From an archaeon (lineage in GTDB: Archaea > Iainarchaeota > Iainarchaeia > Iainarchaeales > CSSED10-239), in the NCBI GenBank assembly GCA_035390665.1, contig DAOOUC010000003.1, positions 1-32,000 of the forward strand: a stretch of DNA of 32,000 nt, read 5' to 3'. The position numbers and the translations under genes were made by a program. Under the pieces are notes generated by a model. It was not told where the DNA came from and made no database searches. It worked only from the letters and a program-made list of their open reading frames with translations. Shown piece after piece: positions 7,688 to 16,504 of the stretch (its first letter is position 1; every line of letters begins with the position of its first letter).

Positions 7688-10279
7688 TTATTTTCCAGCC
7701 CAAGCATAGGTATCTGCGAGATATCCGGTCATTGCAGTGACATAAGAGTCTCTACCATTCCAACTTTTAGAAACTGCAGAAAATGTTTTATTACGATATA
7801 AATTTGGACTATATGTGGTTCCTTTTGTTAAATTCAAGTATGTTGCTTCAATTCCTTGTTCAAGTGTTGGATATCTACAATAATTGCCGGTATCTACTCC
7901 ACCACACCTACATGCAGAAATTCCGCTTATATCGTTATTGTTTATCATTGTTGTGGTAACACTTGAAGAATTTTGATTAAACATTGATCTTTCTGCTTTA
8001 AAAAAGGAAAGAACAAATACTGGATCTATATCATATAACAATCCTAAATTATAAAATGCTGGTGAAGCATCTTTTACTTTTTGTGGTATATTTGTTCCAG
8101 ATCTATTAAATGCAGTTCTTATTTGAGCAATAGTTAAACTAGGATCATCATCTGTTCCTGTATTTGTTGTTGGTAAAACTATACTACTCATTGTTCTTTT
8201 ACCACTAAATTGTTGTTTTGTTATCCCAATTCCACCTTCTTGTCTTATTTTTGCTAAAGTAGTTGGATTACTTGTATAACAACCATCTGTTCCTTTTTCT
8301 AAAGTTGTTGATTGTGTTTGTGCAGGAGGATTTTCTATTGTTGGTGGTTGAACAACAGGTTGTGTTGGTGTTACTGGTTCTACAGCTTTTCCTGTTAATC
8401 CTTCAAAAATCTTAGGATCAAAATCCCATCTGCCGTATTTTAGACAACTTACTGTAGAATTACAATTATGTCCTTTACAATAGAAATTTACAATATTTCT
8501 ATTAATTATACAAAAATTATATTGAGATAATTCTTTATTATCTAAAACATATAAATTAGCATAAGATAAATTTACTTTAGAATTATCTTCTGATTTTTGC
8601 ATAAGAATAATTACTAAATTATTTTTTGTGTTTTGACTCTTAATATTTAGTTTTATATTTTTATTATTATTGTTTAATATATATTTTAATTGCTTAAAAC
8701 CTGTAAATGTGCCATCTATGTTAAATATATTTGTTGTTTGATCAACATAATTATTACTAAAAACACCTGTTTGATATATGTTTTGTAATTCTGTGTCTAT
8801 TTCTGTTTTCTTATCTGTTGTTGCAATTATAGCATAAACTGTTCCTTCTCTAAACATACTTAAATCAATACTTAAACTCTTATCTTGAGTTTTATTATTT
8901 AATAAGAACTCTTTTGGAATATCCATTTTATTAACCATATACCAATTAGTATTATTTAATGAAAAATTAATATCTGAAATATTTTTTTCAATATCATTAA
9001 CGATATTTAATGTTGCTACCGGAGTTGAAGATGTTTGAGTACTAGAATCTGTTGTTTGAGTAATAGATGAACAAACAGTTAATTTAAACTGTTCGGAATT
9101 ATTTTCAAAAGCAATAATATCTGAAATAATTACTGCATCATTAATAATAGAACAAGATTGATATTTAGGAATGGATCCTTCAATTACACATTTGAATTTT
9201 TTATTAGGATATAATTCATAAGTTATATTATAATCTGATGAACACTCAGATGCAGCAACTTGTTGAGATTCAGAACCTCCTCCAGTATCTGTATTTTGTG
9301 CTGAAGTTGTTCCTGAGCCACTGTTTGTGTTTGTTGTTCCAGCATTAGGACAGATTTCTCTTTTTAAATCAGGATAATTTGTTAAATTTAAAGTAAATCC
9401 TGATTTTTGACCATTAAATGGATTACATCTATCTGCCATTGCACCAGAATCATTACACTTATAACAAACTTGCCCTTTACTTAATGATTGACCACCTACT
9501 GTTACAGCAGATGTTGGATAAGTTGTAGATTTAGTGTATCCTGAACATTTTGTAGAACAATCTACTGGATTTGCTGCTGCATTATTGCCTGAAACAGGAA
9601 CATCATATGCGTAATCTAAATTATAAATCCAATTATTTGAACTTATTAAAGGTATAGATGTATATCCACTTGGGGCCAAATCTGTTTGAAACCAAGTATC
9701 TAATTTCCCATTTATTAATTTACAACTAAATGTATCATCTTGACTACCTTGCAGAAACATTCCACTCAATTGCTGTGGTTTAAATATTACGACATCTATT
9801 TTTGGACTATTACAAATTGAGGGTTTACTTATAAACAATTTAATTGTTTTAGAATTTGGTGTTGAAGGAGAATATGCCATAATTGTATCGGTACCTACGT
9901 CAACACCTTTTCCTGCTTTCCCTGCTCCCCCCGCATATATTGCATCCATATAATATAGTCCAGATCTATATAAATCTCGATTAGTAACAATATTCGCTGC
10001 AGGACTTGGAGAAATTAAAACACCCATACCGAAGGATTTATCTGTAGTATAGGTATAAGAATTAGTAGTAATTAAAATTACCCCACAAACACCTCTTTCT
10101 GTAACTTCTGGATATTTACTTGCTTTTAAATCTAATATTTTTATATCTCTTACATCTGTTCTACAAACTGGATTTTTTGTTATTGTGGATTTAATACCTG
10201 TAATAGCAAAAACACCATTGCTTATAAAAAGTACACAAATTAATATTATAAAAATTGAAATTAGATTTTTTTTGTTCAT
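7688..10279 (-). CDS. large secreted Cys-rich protein with Thr/Ser/Pro-rich linkers; C-terminal ~190 aa weakly resembles a glucosaminidase/lysozyme-like (muramidase-fold) domain
   Basis: N-terminal signal/anchor LISIFIILICVLFISNGVFA. Low-complexity linkers TTNTNSGSGTTSAQNTDTGGGSES, TQTTDSSTQTSSTP and EPVTPTQPVVQPPTIENPPAQTQ. The C-terminus reads DIDPVFVLSFFKAERSMF...NNNDISGI...YCRYPTLEQGIEATYLNL, which parallels glucosaminidase-family blocks. The domain call rests on by-eye similarity only. Confidence 0.45.
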   Translation of the reverse strand: MNKKNLISIFIILICVLFISNGVFAITGIKSTITKNPVCRTDVRDIKILDLKASKYPEVTERGVCGVILITTNSYTYTTDKSFGMGVLISPSPAANIVTNRDLYRSGLYYMDAIYAGGAGKAGKGVDVGTDTIMAYSPSTPNSKTIKLFISKPSICNSPKIDVVIFKPQQLSGMFLQGSQDDTFSCKLINGKLDTWFQTDLAPSGYTSIPLISSNNWIYNLDYAYDVPVSGNNAAANPVDCSTKCSGYTKSTTYPTSAVTVGGQSLSKGQVCYKCNDSGAMADRCNPFNGQKSGFTLNLTNYPDLKREICPNAGTTNTNSGSGTTSAQNTDTGGGSESQQVAASECSSDYNITYELYPNKKFKCVIEGSIPKYQSCSIINDAVIISDIIAFENNSEQFKLTVCSSITQTTDSSTQTSSTPVATLNIVNDIEKNISDINFSLNNTNWYMVNKMDIPKEFLLNNKTQDKSLSIDLSMFREGTVYAIIATTDKKTEIDTELQNIYQTGVFSNNYVDQTTNIFNIDGTFTGFKQLKYILNNNNKNIKLNIKSQNTKNNLVIILMQKSEDNSKVNLSYANLYVLDNKELSQYNFCIINRNIVNFYCKGHNCNSTVSCLKYGRWDFDPKIFEGLTGKAVEPVTPTQPVVQPPTIENPPAQTQSTTLEKGTDGCYTSNPTTLAKIRQEGGIGITKQQFSGKRTMSSIVLPTTNTGTDDDPSLTIAQIRTAFNRSGTNIPQKVKDASPAFYNLGLLYDIDPVFVLSFFKAERSMFNQNSSSVTTTMINNNDISGISACRCGGVDTGNYCRYPTLEQGIEATYLNLTKGTTYSPNLYRNKTFSAVSKSWNGRDSYVTAMTGYLADTYAWAGK

Positions 10280-10454
10280 TTCTTATCTTTCCTTTATTTT
10301 TTACGAAGTTATAACTTATTTTAGTTAATCTATATTTTGTCTATAAATTATTTATGTTGTTAAATATTTATAAATGTATTCTATACTTAATTATATATAA
10401 TATATTTAAATAACTTGCTTTTAAGCTTGCTTTTTATAACGGGGTGAAAAAACT

Positions 10455-11417
10455 ATGATTGAAATTCTAAAATTTTCTGAACAGGGCTTGCAAAGACATG
10501 AAAGGCCAACTAAAGATGCATGGATTAATGTAGTTAACCCCGATGCTTATGAGATTAAATATTTAGCAGAAATTTGTAAAGTTAAAGAAGTGGATTATCA
10601 AGAGTTTAAAGATGATATTAATTCACTTCAAGATATGGAAGAAATTCCTTTCATGGAAAAATATAGACAAGAGTATTTTATAATTACAAGAACGCCTCAT
10701 AAATTAAAATCTATAGATCCTGAAAGCAAGTATAAGTCTGCTGTTGAATATATTACTATTCCTTTAGGAATTATGATTAACAAAGATTATATAATTACAA
10801 TAAGCTTTAGAGAAAATGAAAATATAGATGTTTTAAAAACAAAGAAATTTAAACATGAAAAATCATTAGTTCTTTTAAGATTGTTACTTGTTTCTTCTAA
10901 AACCTATATTAAATATCTAAAAGAAATTGATGCAAAAATAAAAAGTATTGAAGAAAAGTTCGAAAGTGTTCAGAGGAATAAAGAAATTTCTGATCTTTTA
11001 GATCTTAAAAAATCTCTTGTGTATTTTAATACTTCTTTGAAAAGCGATCAAATACTTCTTGAAAAGATTGCAAGAAATAAAGATTTTGTTAATTCTGAAG
11101 ATGATAAAGATGTTATTGATGATGTAATTGATGAAAATAAACAAGCAATTGTTGTTACTGCAATCTATAAGAATATTATTGCAGATGCTACTGATCTTTT
11201 TAACTCTGTTACTTCAAATAATCTAAATAAAACTATGAAGTTATTAACTTCAATTACTGTTGTTATTGCAATCCCTACAATGATTGCTGGAATATATGGA
11301 ATGAATGTCCCTTTGCCTTTCGATAATCATCCTCATGCATTTCTTGTAATCATGGGAATAGTTATGCTATTTTCATTAATTGGAGTATTCTATCTTTGGA
11401 AGAATGACATGTTCTAG
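10455..11417 (+). CDS. corA: CorA-family Mg2+/Co2+ transporter
   Basis: YGMNV (GMN signature) sits between two C-terminal TM helices (LTSITVVIAIPTMIAGIYGMNVPLPF...FLVIMGIVMLFSLIGVFYLW). The N-terminal soluble domain has typical length. GGGGTGA SD-like motif upstream. Confidence 0.9.
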   Translation: MIEILKFSEQGLQRHERPTKDAWINVVNPDAYEIKYLAEICKVKEVDYQEFKDDINSLQDMEEIPFMEKYRQEYFIITRTPHKLKSIDPESKYKSAVEYITIPLGIMINKDYIITISFRENENIDVLKTKKFKHEKSLVLLRLLLVSSKTYIKYLKEIDAKIKSIEEKFESVQRNKEISDLLDLKKSLVYFNTSLKSDQILLEKIARNKDFVNSEDDKDVIDDVIDENKQAIVVTAIYKNIIADATDLFNSVTSNNLNKTMKLLTSITVVIAIPTMIAGIYGMNVPLPFDNHPHAFLVIMGIVMLFSLIGVFYLWKNDMF

Positions 11418-11484
11418 AGCCGGTTGCGGTCAGCTCGCGCCCAGCCAAATAATGTATTGTTCTAGAGCCGGTTGCGGTCAGCTC
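11410..11484 (+). repeat. two perfect 27-nt GC-rich direct repeats (TGTTCTAGAGCCGGTTGCGGTCAGCTC) 48 nt apart, filling the corA / methyltransferase convergent spacer
   Basis: Copies at 11410..11436 and 11458..11484. The first contains the corA TAG stop (11415..11417). Each can fold as GAGC-CGGTTGCGGTCA-GCTC. A T7 run follows at ~11500. Confidence 0.85.
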
Positions 11485-11491
11485 CCAAAAT

Positions 11492-12256
11492 TCACAATTT
11501 TTTTCCAGCTACAAAGAATATTGTCTTCTTTTCAAAAAGATTTAAAATTTCTGATTTTTCATTTCTTATATTTTTTTGACCGAGAATTTGGATATTATTA
11601 TTCTTAAACCATTTCTTTACTTCTTTTAATGTGTGATAACTTTCATATGGAACACAATATCTATCATAAAGTGTAGATTTTGGAGCATTATGAAATTTTT
11701 TTGTTCTATAAAGAAAAGAAATTATCTTATCTGGATCTTTAGAAACAAATGTGTGTAATAAAAATCTTTGAAAAAAATATCTTAAACGAGAATATTTGTG
11801 ATATAATCCTATAATAACAATGCCGTCACTTTTAAGTTGTCCAACAATTCGCGTAAATCCCTTTTTTGCATTTTCTGTGTGATGAAGAACACCAAGAGAA
11901 ACCACAATATCAAATTTGCCCAGATCTTCGAGATTGTCTTTTAAAATATCTTTTTCTTTAAAGATAACATTGTCTATTTTTTCTTTTTTTGCTTTTTTCT
12001 TAGCTTCTTCTAATTGACTTTTTGAAAAATCAATAGCAATAACTTCTTTTGCTCCTGCTTTTGCAAAAAAAATAGATTTTTCTCCGGTTCCGCAACCAGC
12101 ATCAAGTATTCTTTTACCAATTAAATCTTTTTCTTTCAATCCTGCTGTTTCAAGAATATTAAGTATAATTTTGTTATTGGTTCTAATTTGATTAGAAGTA
12201 TATTGATTTGCTTTTGGATATGGCTGTTTATTATAGAACTCTTTAACTTTTTCCAT
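11492..12256 (-). CDS. class I SAM-dependent methyltransferase (substrate unknown)
   Basis: Motif I ILDAGCGTGEKSIFFA, acidic motif II VIAIDFS, and motif IV-like FDIVVSLGVLHH. Confidence 0.85.
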   Translation of the reverse strand: MEKVKEFYNKQPYPKANQYTSNQIRTNNKIILNILETAGLKEKDLIGKRILDAGCGTGEKSIFFAKAGAKEVIAIDFSKSQLEEAKKKAKKEKIDNVIFKEKDILKDNLEDLGKFDIVVSLGVLHHTENAKKGFTRIVGQLKSDGIVIIGLYHKYSRLRYFFQRFLLHTFVSKDPDKIISFLYRTKKFHNAPKSTLYDRYCVPYESYHTLKEVKKWFKNNNIQILGQKNIRNEKSEILNLFEKKTIFFVAGKKL

Positions 12257-12258
12257 TT

Positions 12259-12933
12259 CTATTTCTTTCTTCTTAATTTAATTTTTGCTAGTAATGCAGA
12301 TAGAATTAATGCGGACTTAATTGCAACTCCTGCACCTGCACTAACACCTAATATTGTCCCATACATATTTGCTTCTCTTTGAATATATTGCAATTCTGGT
12401 GCTGGAATTGTTTTTATTATATTTTCTAATCTTTGAATTTGATTAGGTGTTAAATCTTTATATATATCTCCTAATGGCTTTTCTAAAAAATATTTTTCCC
12501 AAACTTGCCCACCTGCTTCTTGTAAAATTTTTTCAATTTCTTTTATTTGAGATTTATATTCTAGAATATTATAAATATTTCTCATTTTAATTGGATCCAA
12601 AGTAATTTTACTTATCTTTTGAGCATAACTATCCCAAAAATATATTTCTCCAAGTTTAGATTTTTCATTTAGTTTTCTTAAATTTGATTTAATTGTGACT
12701 TCTTTCCCTTTTGGATAAGATACATTAGATAAATGATTTCCATAAGCAGATGTTGTTAATCTATCTTTTTGAAAATCCATTACTGCCCCTTTAGTTATAT
12801 TTCCTGCAAATAAAGAAGCTCCAACAATTGTACCTGCTGCTGCAATCTTTATTTTTGTTTTTAATGATCTATTTGGATCGGCCTTTTTTTTTGGTTTTGA
12901 TTTTATAGTGGTTTTTGGTTTAAATATTCCCAT
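12259..12933 (-). CDS. hypothetical protein with N- and C-terminal hydrophobic segments
   Basis: 224-aa ORF whose TAG stop lies 2 nt before the methyltransferase ATG. Contains IAAAGTIVGASLFAG and a C-terminal GVSAGAGVAIKSALILSALLAKI. No recognisable domain. Confidence 0.5.
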   Translation of the reverse strand: MGIFKPKTTIKSKPKKKADPNRSLKTKIKIAAAGTIVGASLFAGNITKGAVMDFQKDRLTTSAYGNHLSNVSYPKGKEVTIKSNLRKLNEKSKLGEIYFWDSYAQKISKITLDPIKMRNIYNILEYKSQIKEIEKILQEAGGQVWEKYFLEKPLGDIYKDLTPNQIQRLENIIKTIPAPELQYIQREANMYGTILGVSAGAGVAIKSALILSALLAKIKLRRKK

Positions 12934-13013
12934 AATTTTTCACAATTTTTATCTCTAATAAATAAAAGATTTAACAAAACACTTTATATTTCTTTTCTTT
13001 TTTAATTCTTTTT

Positions 13014-14510
13014 ATGTCAGAAACCGGTTTTAATAATGCAAAAAAAGATTTATTATCTTTACTTGAAGCTTCCTTAGCCATACGAACAAAAGATAAATCT
13101 AAAAAATATAGTTTGTTATTTAGTGGTGGAATTGATTCTTGCCTTATAGCAATGATTCTTAAAAAACAGAAAATAAACTTTACTTGTTTTTTTGCTTATG
13201 TTAAAGATAACACAGAAGCAAAAGATTTAATTTATGCAAAAAAAGCAGCAAAAGAACTTAATCTAAAACTTGACATTATTTCTGTAGACAAAAAAGAAAT
13301 ATCTAAAATTGTCCCCGAGATTATAAAAATTATTGATTCTGATAATCCAATTAAAGTTGGTGTGGCAATTCCAGGATATTTATCTTGTAAAAAAGCTAAA
13401 TCTAAAAAGACAGACATTATCTTTTCTGGACTTGGCTCTGATGAATTATTTGCAGGATATAGTAGATTTACACTAAAAAATCAAAAAAAAGAAACCAAAA
13501 AGTGTCTAGATAATATTTACAAAGATAATCTGTCAAGAGATGAAGCAATTGCAAAACATTTTAATCTATATGTAGATTGCCCATATCTTGATAAAAAAAT
13601 TGTAGATTATTCCTTACAATTAGATTCAAAATTTTTTATTTCAAAAGTTCAGAATAAAATAATTATTAGAGAAATTGCAAAAGATCTTGGATTATCTAAA
13701 GAATTAGCTGAAAGAAAAAAATTAGCTTGCCAATATGGAAGTAATAGTGACAGAATTCTTGAAAAGCTTGCAAAAGAAAATAAATTTAAAACTAAAACAG
13801 AATATCTGTCTTCTTTTTCAAAAGAAAAAATTGGTGCACTTTACTCTGGAGGTAAAGATTCTAATTTATCTTTATGGCTTGCATTCAAAGAAGGGAAAGA
13901 AATTTCTTGTTTAATTTCTTTAATTCCTGAAAATATTGATTCCTATATGTTTCAAACACCTGATATTAATTTCCTGAAATTACAAGCTCTTGCTTTAGAT
14001 ATTCCACTCCTTATTACAAAAACAAAAGGAGAAAAAGAGAAAGAACTCTCAGATTTAAAAAATGCAATTAAATTTGCTAAAGAAAAATACAATTTAACCG
14101 GGATTGTTGCTGGTGCTCTTTATAGTGTTTATCAAAAAGATAGAATTGAAAAGATTTGTAAAGATCTTAATCTAAAATTAATTGCACCACTTTGGCATAT
14201 GAAAGAAGAAGATGAAATTAAACTACTTTTAAAAAACAAATTTAAATTCATTATTTGCAAAATTGCAGCATATGGTTTTTCTGAAAAATTACTTGGAAAA
14301 GTTATTGATAATAAAGATTTAGGAGAATTAAAAAGATTAAATGAAAAATATAAAAGCAATATTGCAGGAGAAGGCGGAGAATATGAAACCCTTGTTCTTG
14401 ACTCTCCAATGTTTAAACAAAAAATATCCGTAATTGATCTTGAAAAAATAATGCAAAATGAGTTTACTGGGAATTTAATTATTAAAAAAGTAAAACTAGA
14501 GAAGAAATAG
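13014..14510 (+). CDS. fusion of an asparagine-synthetase-like PP-loop domain (no glutaminase domain) with a Dph6/MJ0570-type diphthine--ammonia ligase domain
   Basis: N-terminal half: LLFSGGIDSCLIA (PP-loop SGGxDS), SGLGSDELFAGYSRF (AsnB C-domain signature). C-terminal half: ALYSGGKDSNLSLW (second PP-loop), GIVAGALYSVYQKDRIE, GEGGEYETLVLDSPMF (ATP_bind_4/Dph6 signature). Confidence 0.7.
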   Translation: MSETGFNNAKKDLLSLLEASLAIRTKDKSKKYSLLFSGGIDSCLIAMILKKQKINFTCFFAYVKDNTEAKDLIYAKKAAKELNLKLDIISVDKKEISKIVPEIIKIIDSDNPIKVGVAIPGYLSCKKAKSKKTDIIFSGLGSDELFAGYSRFTLKNQKKETKKCLDNIYKDNLSRDEAIAKHFNLYVDCPYLDKKIVDYSLQLDSKFFISKVQNKIIIREIAKDLGLSKELAERKKLACQYGSNSDRILEKLAKENKFKTKTEYLSSFSKEKIGALYSGGKDSNLSLWLAFKEGKEISCLISLIPENIDSYMFQTPDINFLKLQALALDIPLLITKTKGEKEKELSDLKNAIKFAKEKYNLTGIVAGALYSVYQKDRIEKICKDLNLKLIAPLWHMKEEDEIKLLLKNKFKFIICKIAAYGFSEKLLGKVIDNKDLGELKRLNEKYKSNIAGEGGEYETLVLDSPMFKQKISVIDLEKIMQNEFTGNLIIKKVKLEKK

Positions 14511-14570
14511 ATTTAAAATCTATTTGGATTCCTATTTAGTTATAGTTAAACACATAAAAAATGAAAAATT

Positions 14571-15377
14571 ATGCCTGCATTACTAGCACACATGCATTTG
14601 GTTAAAGACCTTATAAAGGAAAATCCAAAACTATTTAGTTCTGTAGATTATAAATATTTAATTCAGGGGGCTACATTTCCGGATATTTATTATATTACTG
14701 AATTAAAATCAATTACTAAAAAACCAAACTTCAGTAAATTCATACATGAAGCAGATAATGAATATGATTTTGCAAAAACATTATTAAGAAAATCTAAAAA
14801 TAAACAAGAAAGATTGTTTGCAATTGGATTTTTATCTCATATGATATTAGATAAAAATGTGCATAATTATCTTAAGAAAAAAGGAATTTATACTGATATT
14901 AAACATATGGTTTCAGAATATTATTTAGAAACAAAATTTCACAACAGTAAAATACCATTGCCAAGATTTCCAAGCACATTAATAAAAGAAAGCTTAAAGG
15001 ACTGCTATCCTAAAGATTATGACACATATAAAAATAAAATAAAAATATCTATTAGGTCTTTAATATTTTATGAATTTGCAAATACTTTTATAATTAAAAA
15101 GATAATTAACGGAAGATATAGAAAAGAAAATAACAAAACTAGATGGTCTTTATTAAATCTTCCATTTAAACTTGCTAGGCTTTCTAAATATAAAAAAATG
15201 GGTTATGATTATACTGCTTTATTAAACCCTGATATCACTATAAAAGAAAAATATCTTGAAGATATCTATAAAGAATATCAAAAATCTAAAAAAGAGCTAA
15301 TAAATACAATAATAGAAGAAGAATTAAATGTAGTAGATTATACAACCCATCAAACAGAAATAAGAGATTTTGTTTAA
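14571..15377 (+). CDS. zinc-dependent phospholipase C-like family protein (putative metal-dependent hydrolase)
   Basis: N-terminal LLAHMHL, GATFPDIYY and GFLSHMILDKNVHNY match the His/Asp pattern of the Zn_dep_PLPC superfamily. By-eye assignment. Confidence 0.5.
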   Translation: MPALLAHMHLVKDLIKENPKLFSSVDYKYLIQGATFPDIYYITELKSITKKPNFSKFIHEADNEYDFAKTLLRKSKNKQERLFAIGFLSHMILDKNVHNYLKKKGIYTDIKHMVSEYYLETKFHNSKIPLPRFPSTLIKESLKDCYPKDYDTYKNKIKISIRSLIFYEFANTFIIKKIINGRYRKENNKTRWSLLNLPFKLARLSKYKKMGYDYTALLNPDITIKEKYLEDIYKEYQKSKKELINTIIEEELNVVDYTTHQTEIRDFV

Positions 15378-15390
15378 TCTATAAATTTTA

Positions 15391-15624
15391 TTAATATTTA
15401 TTAAAAGGCGTACTTGATACAGAATAATCATCTAATTCTGTGTATTTCATTTGCAATTCTTTTAATTCTTTCTTTAGTTCTTCTATTTGTTTTTTATCTA
15501 ATTTAGATTCAGTCAATTGTTTTTTTATTTTAGATTGTAAATTTAAAATTTCTTTTTTTAATCCTTTAACTGTTCTTACTGCTGGCCTTTTTCTTAAAAT
15601 TGGTGATTTGTGTATTGTTACCAT
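15391..15624 (-). CDS. small coiled-coil protein, function unknown
   Basis: 77 aa with a heptad-like K/E/L-rich sequence (KKEILNLQSKIKKQLTESKLDKKQIEELKKELKELQMKYTEL). Its ATG directly abuts the TAA of the upstream ORF (15625), which suggests translational coupling. Confidence 0.45.
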   Translation of the reverse strand: MVTIHKSPILRKRPAVRTVKGLKKEILNLQSKIKKQLTESKLDKKQIEELKKELKELQMKYTELDDYSVSSTPFNKY

Positions 15625-15975
15625 TTAAATCATATTAATATTTATTTTTTGTTCTGTCTTGTTATCTACGTAATTATAATCTCTTGAATGTTCCCCTACT
15701 CTTATTTTTATTGATTTTAAACCTGGATTTGACCCAATTGCAGGATATATAAAAAACTTTATTTCTTTACTTTGATTTGGTTCAAATTCTCCAAGTCTTT
15801 TATAATCTGTATTAATGGGTTTAACTTTATCAAAACTTAAATCTTCATCTAAAACAAGATCTATACTTAACATTTTCTTTGTTATTCCGTTTGTAAGTTT
15901 AATAAATAATTCTAATGGCTCTTTGCTTTTACTATCTAATCTATAGGGATATGTTCTTGTGCTTATTCCAATCAT
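15625..15975 (-). CDS. hypothetical 116-aa protein (probably beta-rich), function unknown
   Basis: ORF in the same orientation as its neighbours. No recognisable motif. Confidence 0.45.
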   Translation of the reverse strand: MIGISTRTYPYRLDSKSKEPLELFIKLTNGITKKMLSIDLVLDEDLSFDKVKPINTDYKRLGEFEPNQSKEIKFFIYPAIGSNPGLKSIKIRVGEHSRDYNYVDNKTEQKININMI

Positions 15976-16021
15976 TTTTTATCACCATTTAAATTTATAA
16001 TAATACAATAAACAAAAGAAA

Positions 16022-16498
16022 TTATAAATCTTTTCTTGCGTGTTTTGTATTAAGTAAATAACCTTTAATTAATTTAATTCTTTCTAAATATTTATCTTTA
16101 TTATATAATTTATATGCAAAATCATAACAAGTAAGTAAATTTTCTAAAGTACTAATATTTACATTTGTATTTCCTAGTATTGTATCTCCATAGTCTTTAT
16201 TTTTTAAAAGAACATAAGATTGCTTATCAAAAGAGTTATCTACCCCAATAAATTCAATTTCTATATTATTTAGATTTAAATCTAAATAATTTTTTCCTTT
16301 TTTAGATACATTTATTTTAGGGTCATATATTTTTTTTAACTTTTTAAAATCTTTATAATTTACAATAAAATCAAGATCTTTTGTTTCATTTATTATTTTT
16401 TTAAAATAAAGGACCGTTCCTCCAGTTATAAAATAATCAATTTTGTGTCTATTTAATTCTTTGACAATTTCTATTACTGTTGGTTTTATTGATTTCAT
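16022..16498 (-). CDS. minimal nucleotidyltransferase-fold protein (Pol-beta superfamily)
   Basis: The G[GS]-x(9-13)-D-h-D signature is present as ITGGTVLYFKKIINETKDLDFIV. Small size (158 aa) resembles LnuA/ANT-type NTases. Its start lies 6 nt downstream of the deaminase gene stop. Confidence 0.55.
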   Translation of the reverse strand: MKSIKPTVIEIVKELNRHKIDYFITGGTVLYFKKIINETKDLDFIVNYKDFKKLKKIYDPKINVSKKGKNYLDLNLNNIEIEFIGVDNSFDKQSYVLLKNKDYGDTILGNTNVNISTLENLLTCYDFAYKLYNKDKYLERIKLIKGYLLNTKHARKDL

Positions 16499-16504
16499 TT
16501 TTTC

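Noticed and set aside
10400-10454. The direct repeat CTTGCTTTT-AAG-CTTGCTTTT upstream of corA as a Mg2+-sensing leader or riboswitch.
   Set aside because: It is far too short and AT-rich to match known Mg2+ riboswitch architectures, and no alternative-hairpin logic is visible. It probably just overlaps the promoter/TATA region.
11410-11484. The 27-nt repeat / 21-nt spacer / 27-nt repeat arrangement as a mini-CRISPR array.
   Set aside because: Only two repeat copies are present and the spacer is shorter than usual. No cas genes or leader are visible. A third, diverged, solitary copy sits at another gene's stop codon, which fits a dispersed 3'-end element better than CRISPR.
11415-11607. TAG followed by a stable hairpin as a recoding signal (pyrrolysine/PYLIS-like, or programmed read-through); the frame stays open through the second TAG to 11607.
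   Set aside because: TAG terminates several other well-defined genes at their expected C-termini (12259, 14510, 20645, 29017). CorA and RpoA' already end at normal lengths. The in-frame continuation is a trivial consequence of the 48-nt (16-codon) repeat period and encodes no recognisable sequence. No Pyl machinery is visible in this window.
15391-16498. The minimal nucleotidyltransferase plus two tiny downstream ORFs as an MNT-HEPN-type toxin-antitoxin or other defence module.
   Set aside because: Neither small protein shows the HEPN R-x(4-6)-H motif; the only candidate, RVGEH, has the wrong spacing in a beta-rich-looking protein. No nuclease or toxin signature is recognisable. The NTase is packed 6 nt behind the dTMP operon, so co-expression with metabolism is at least as likely.
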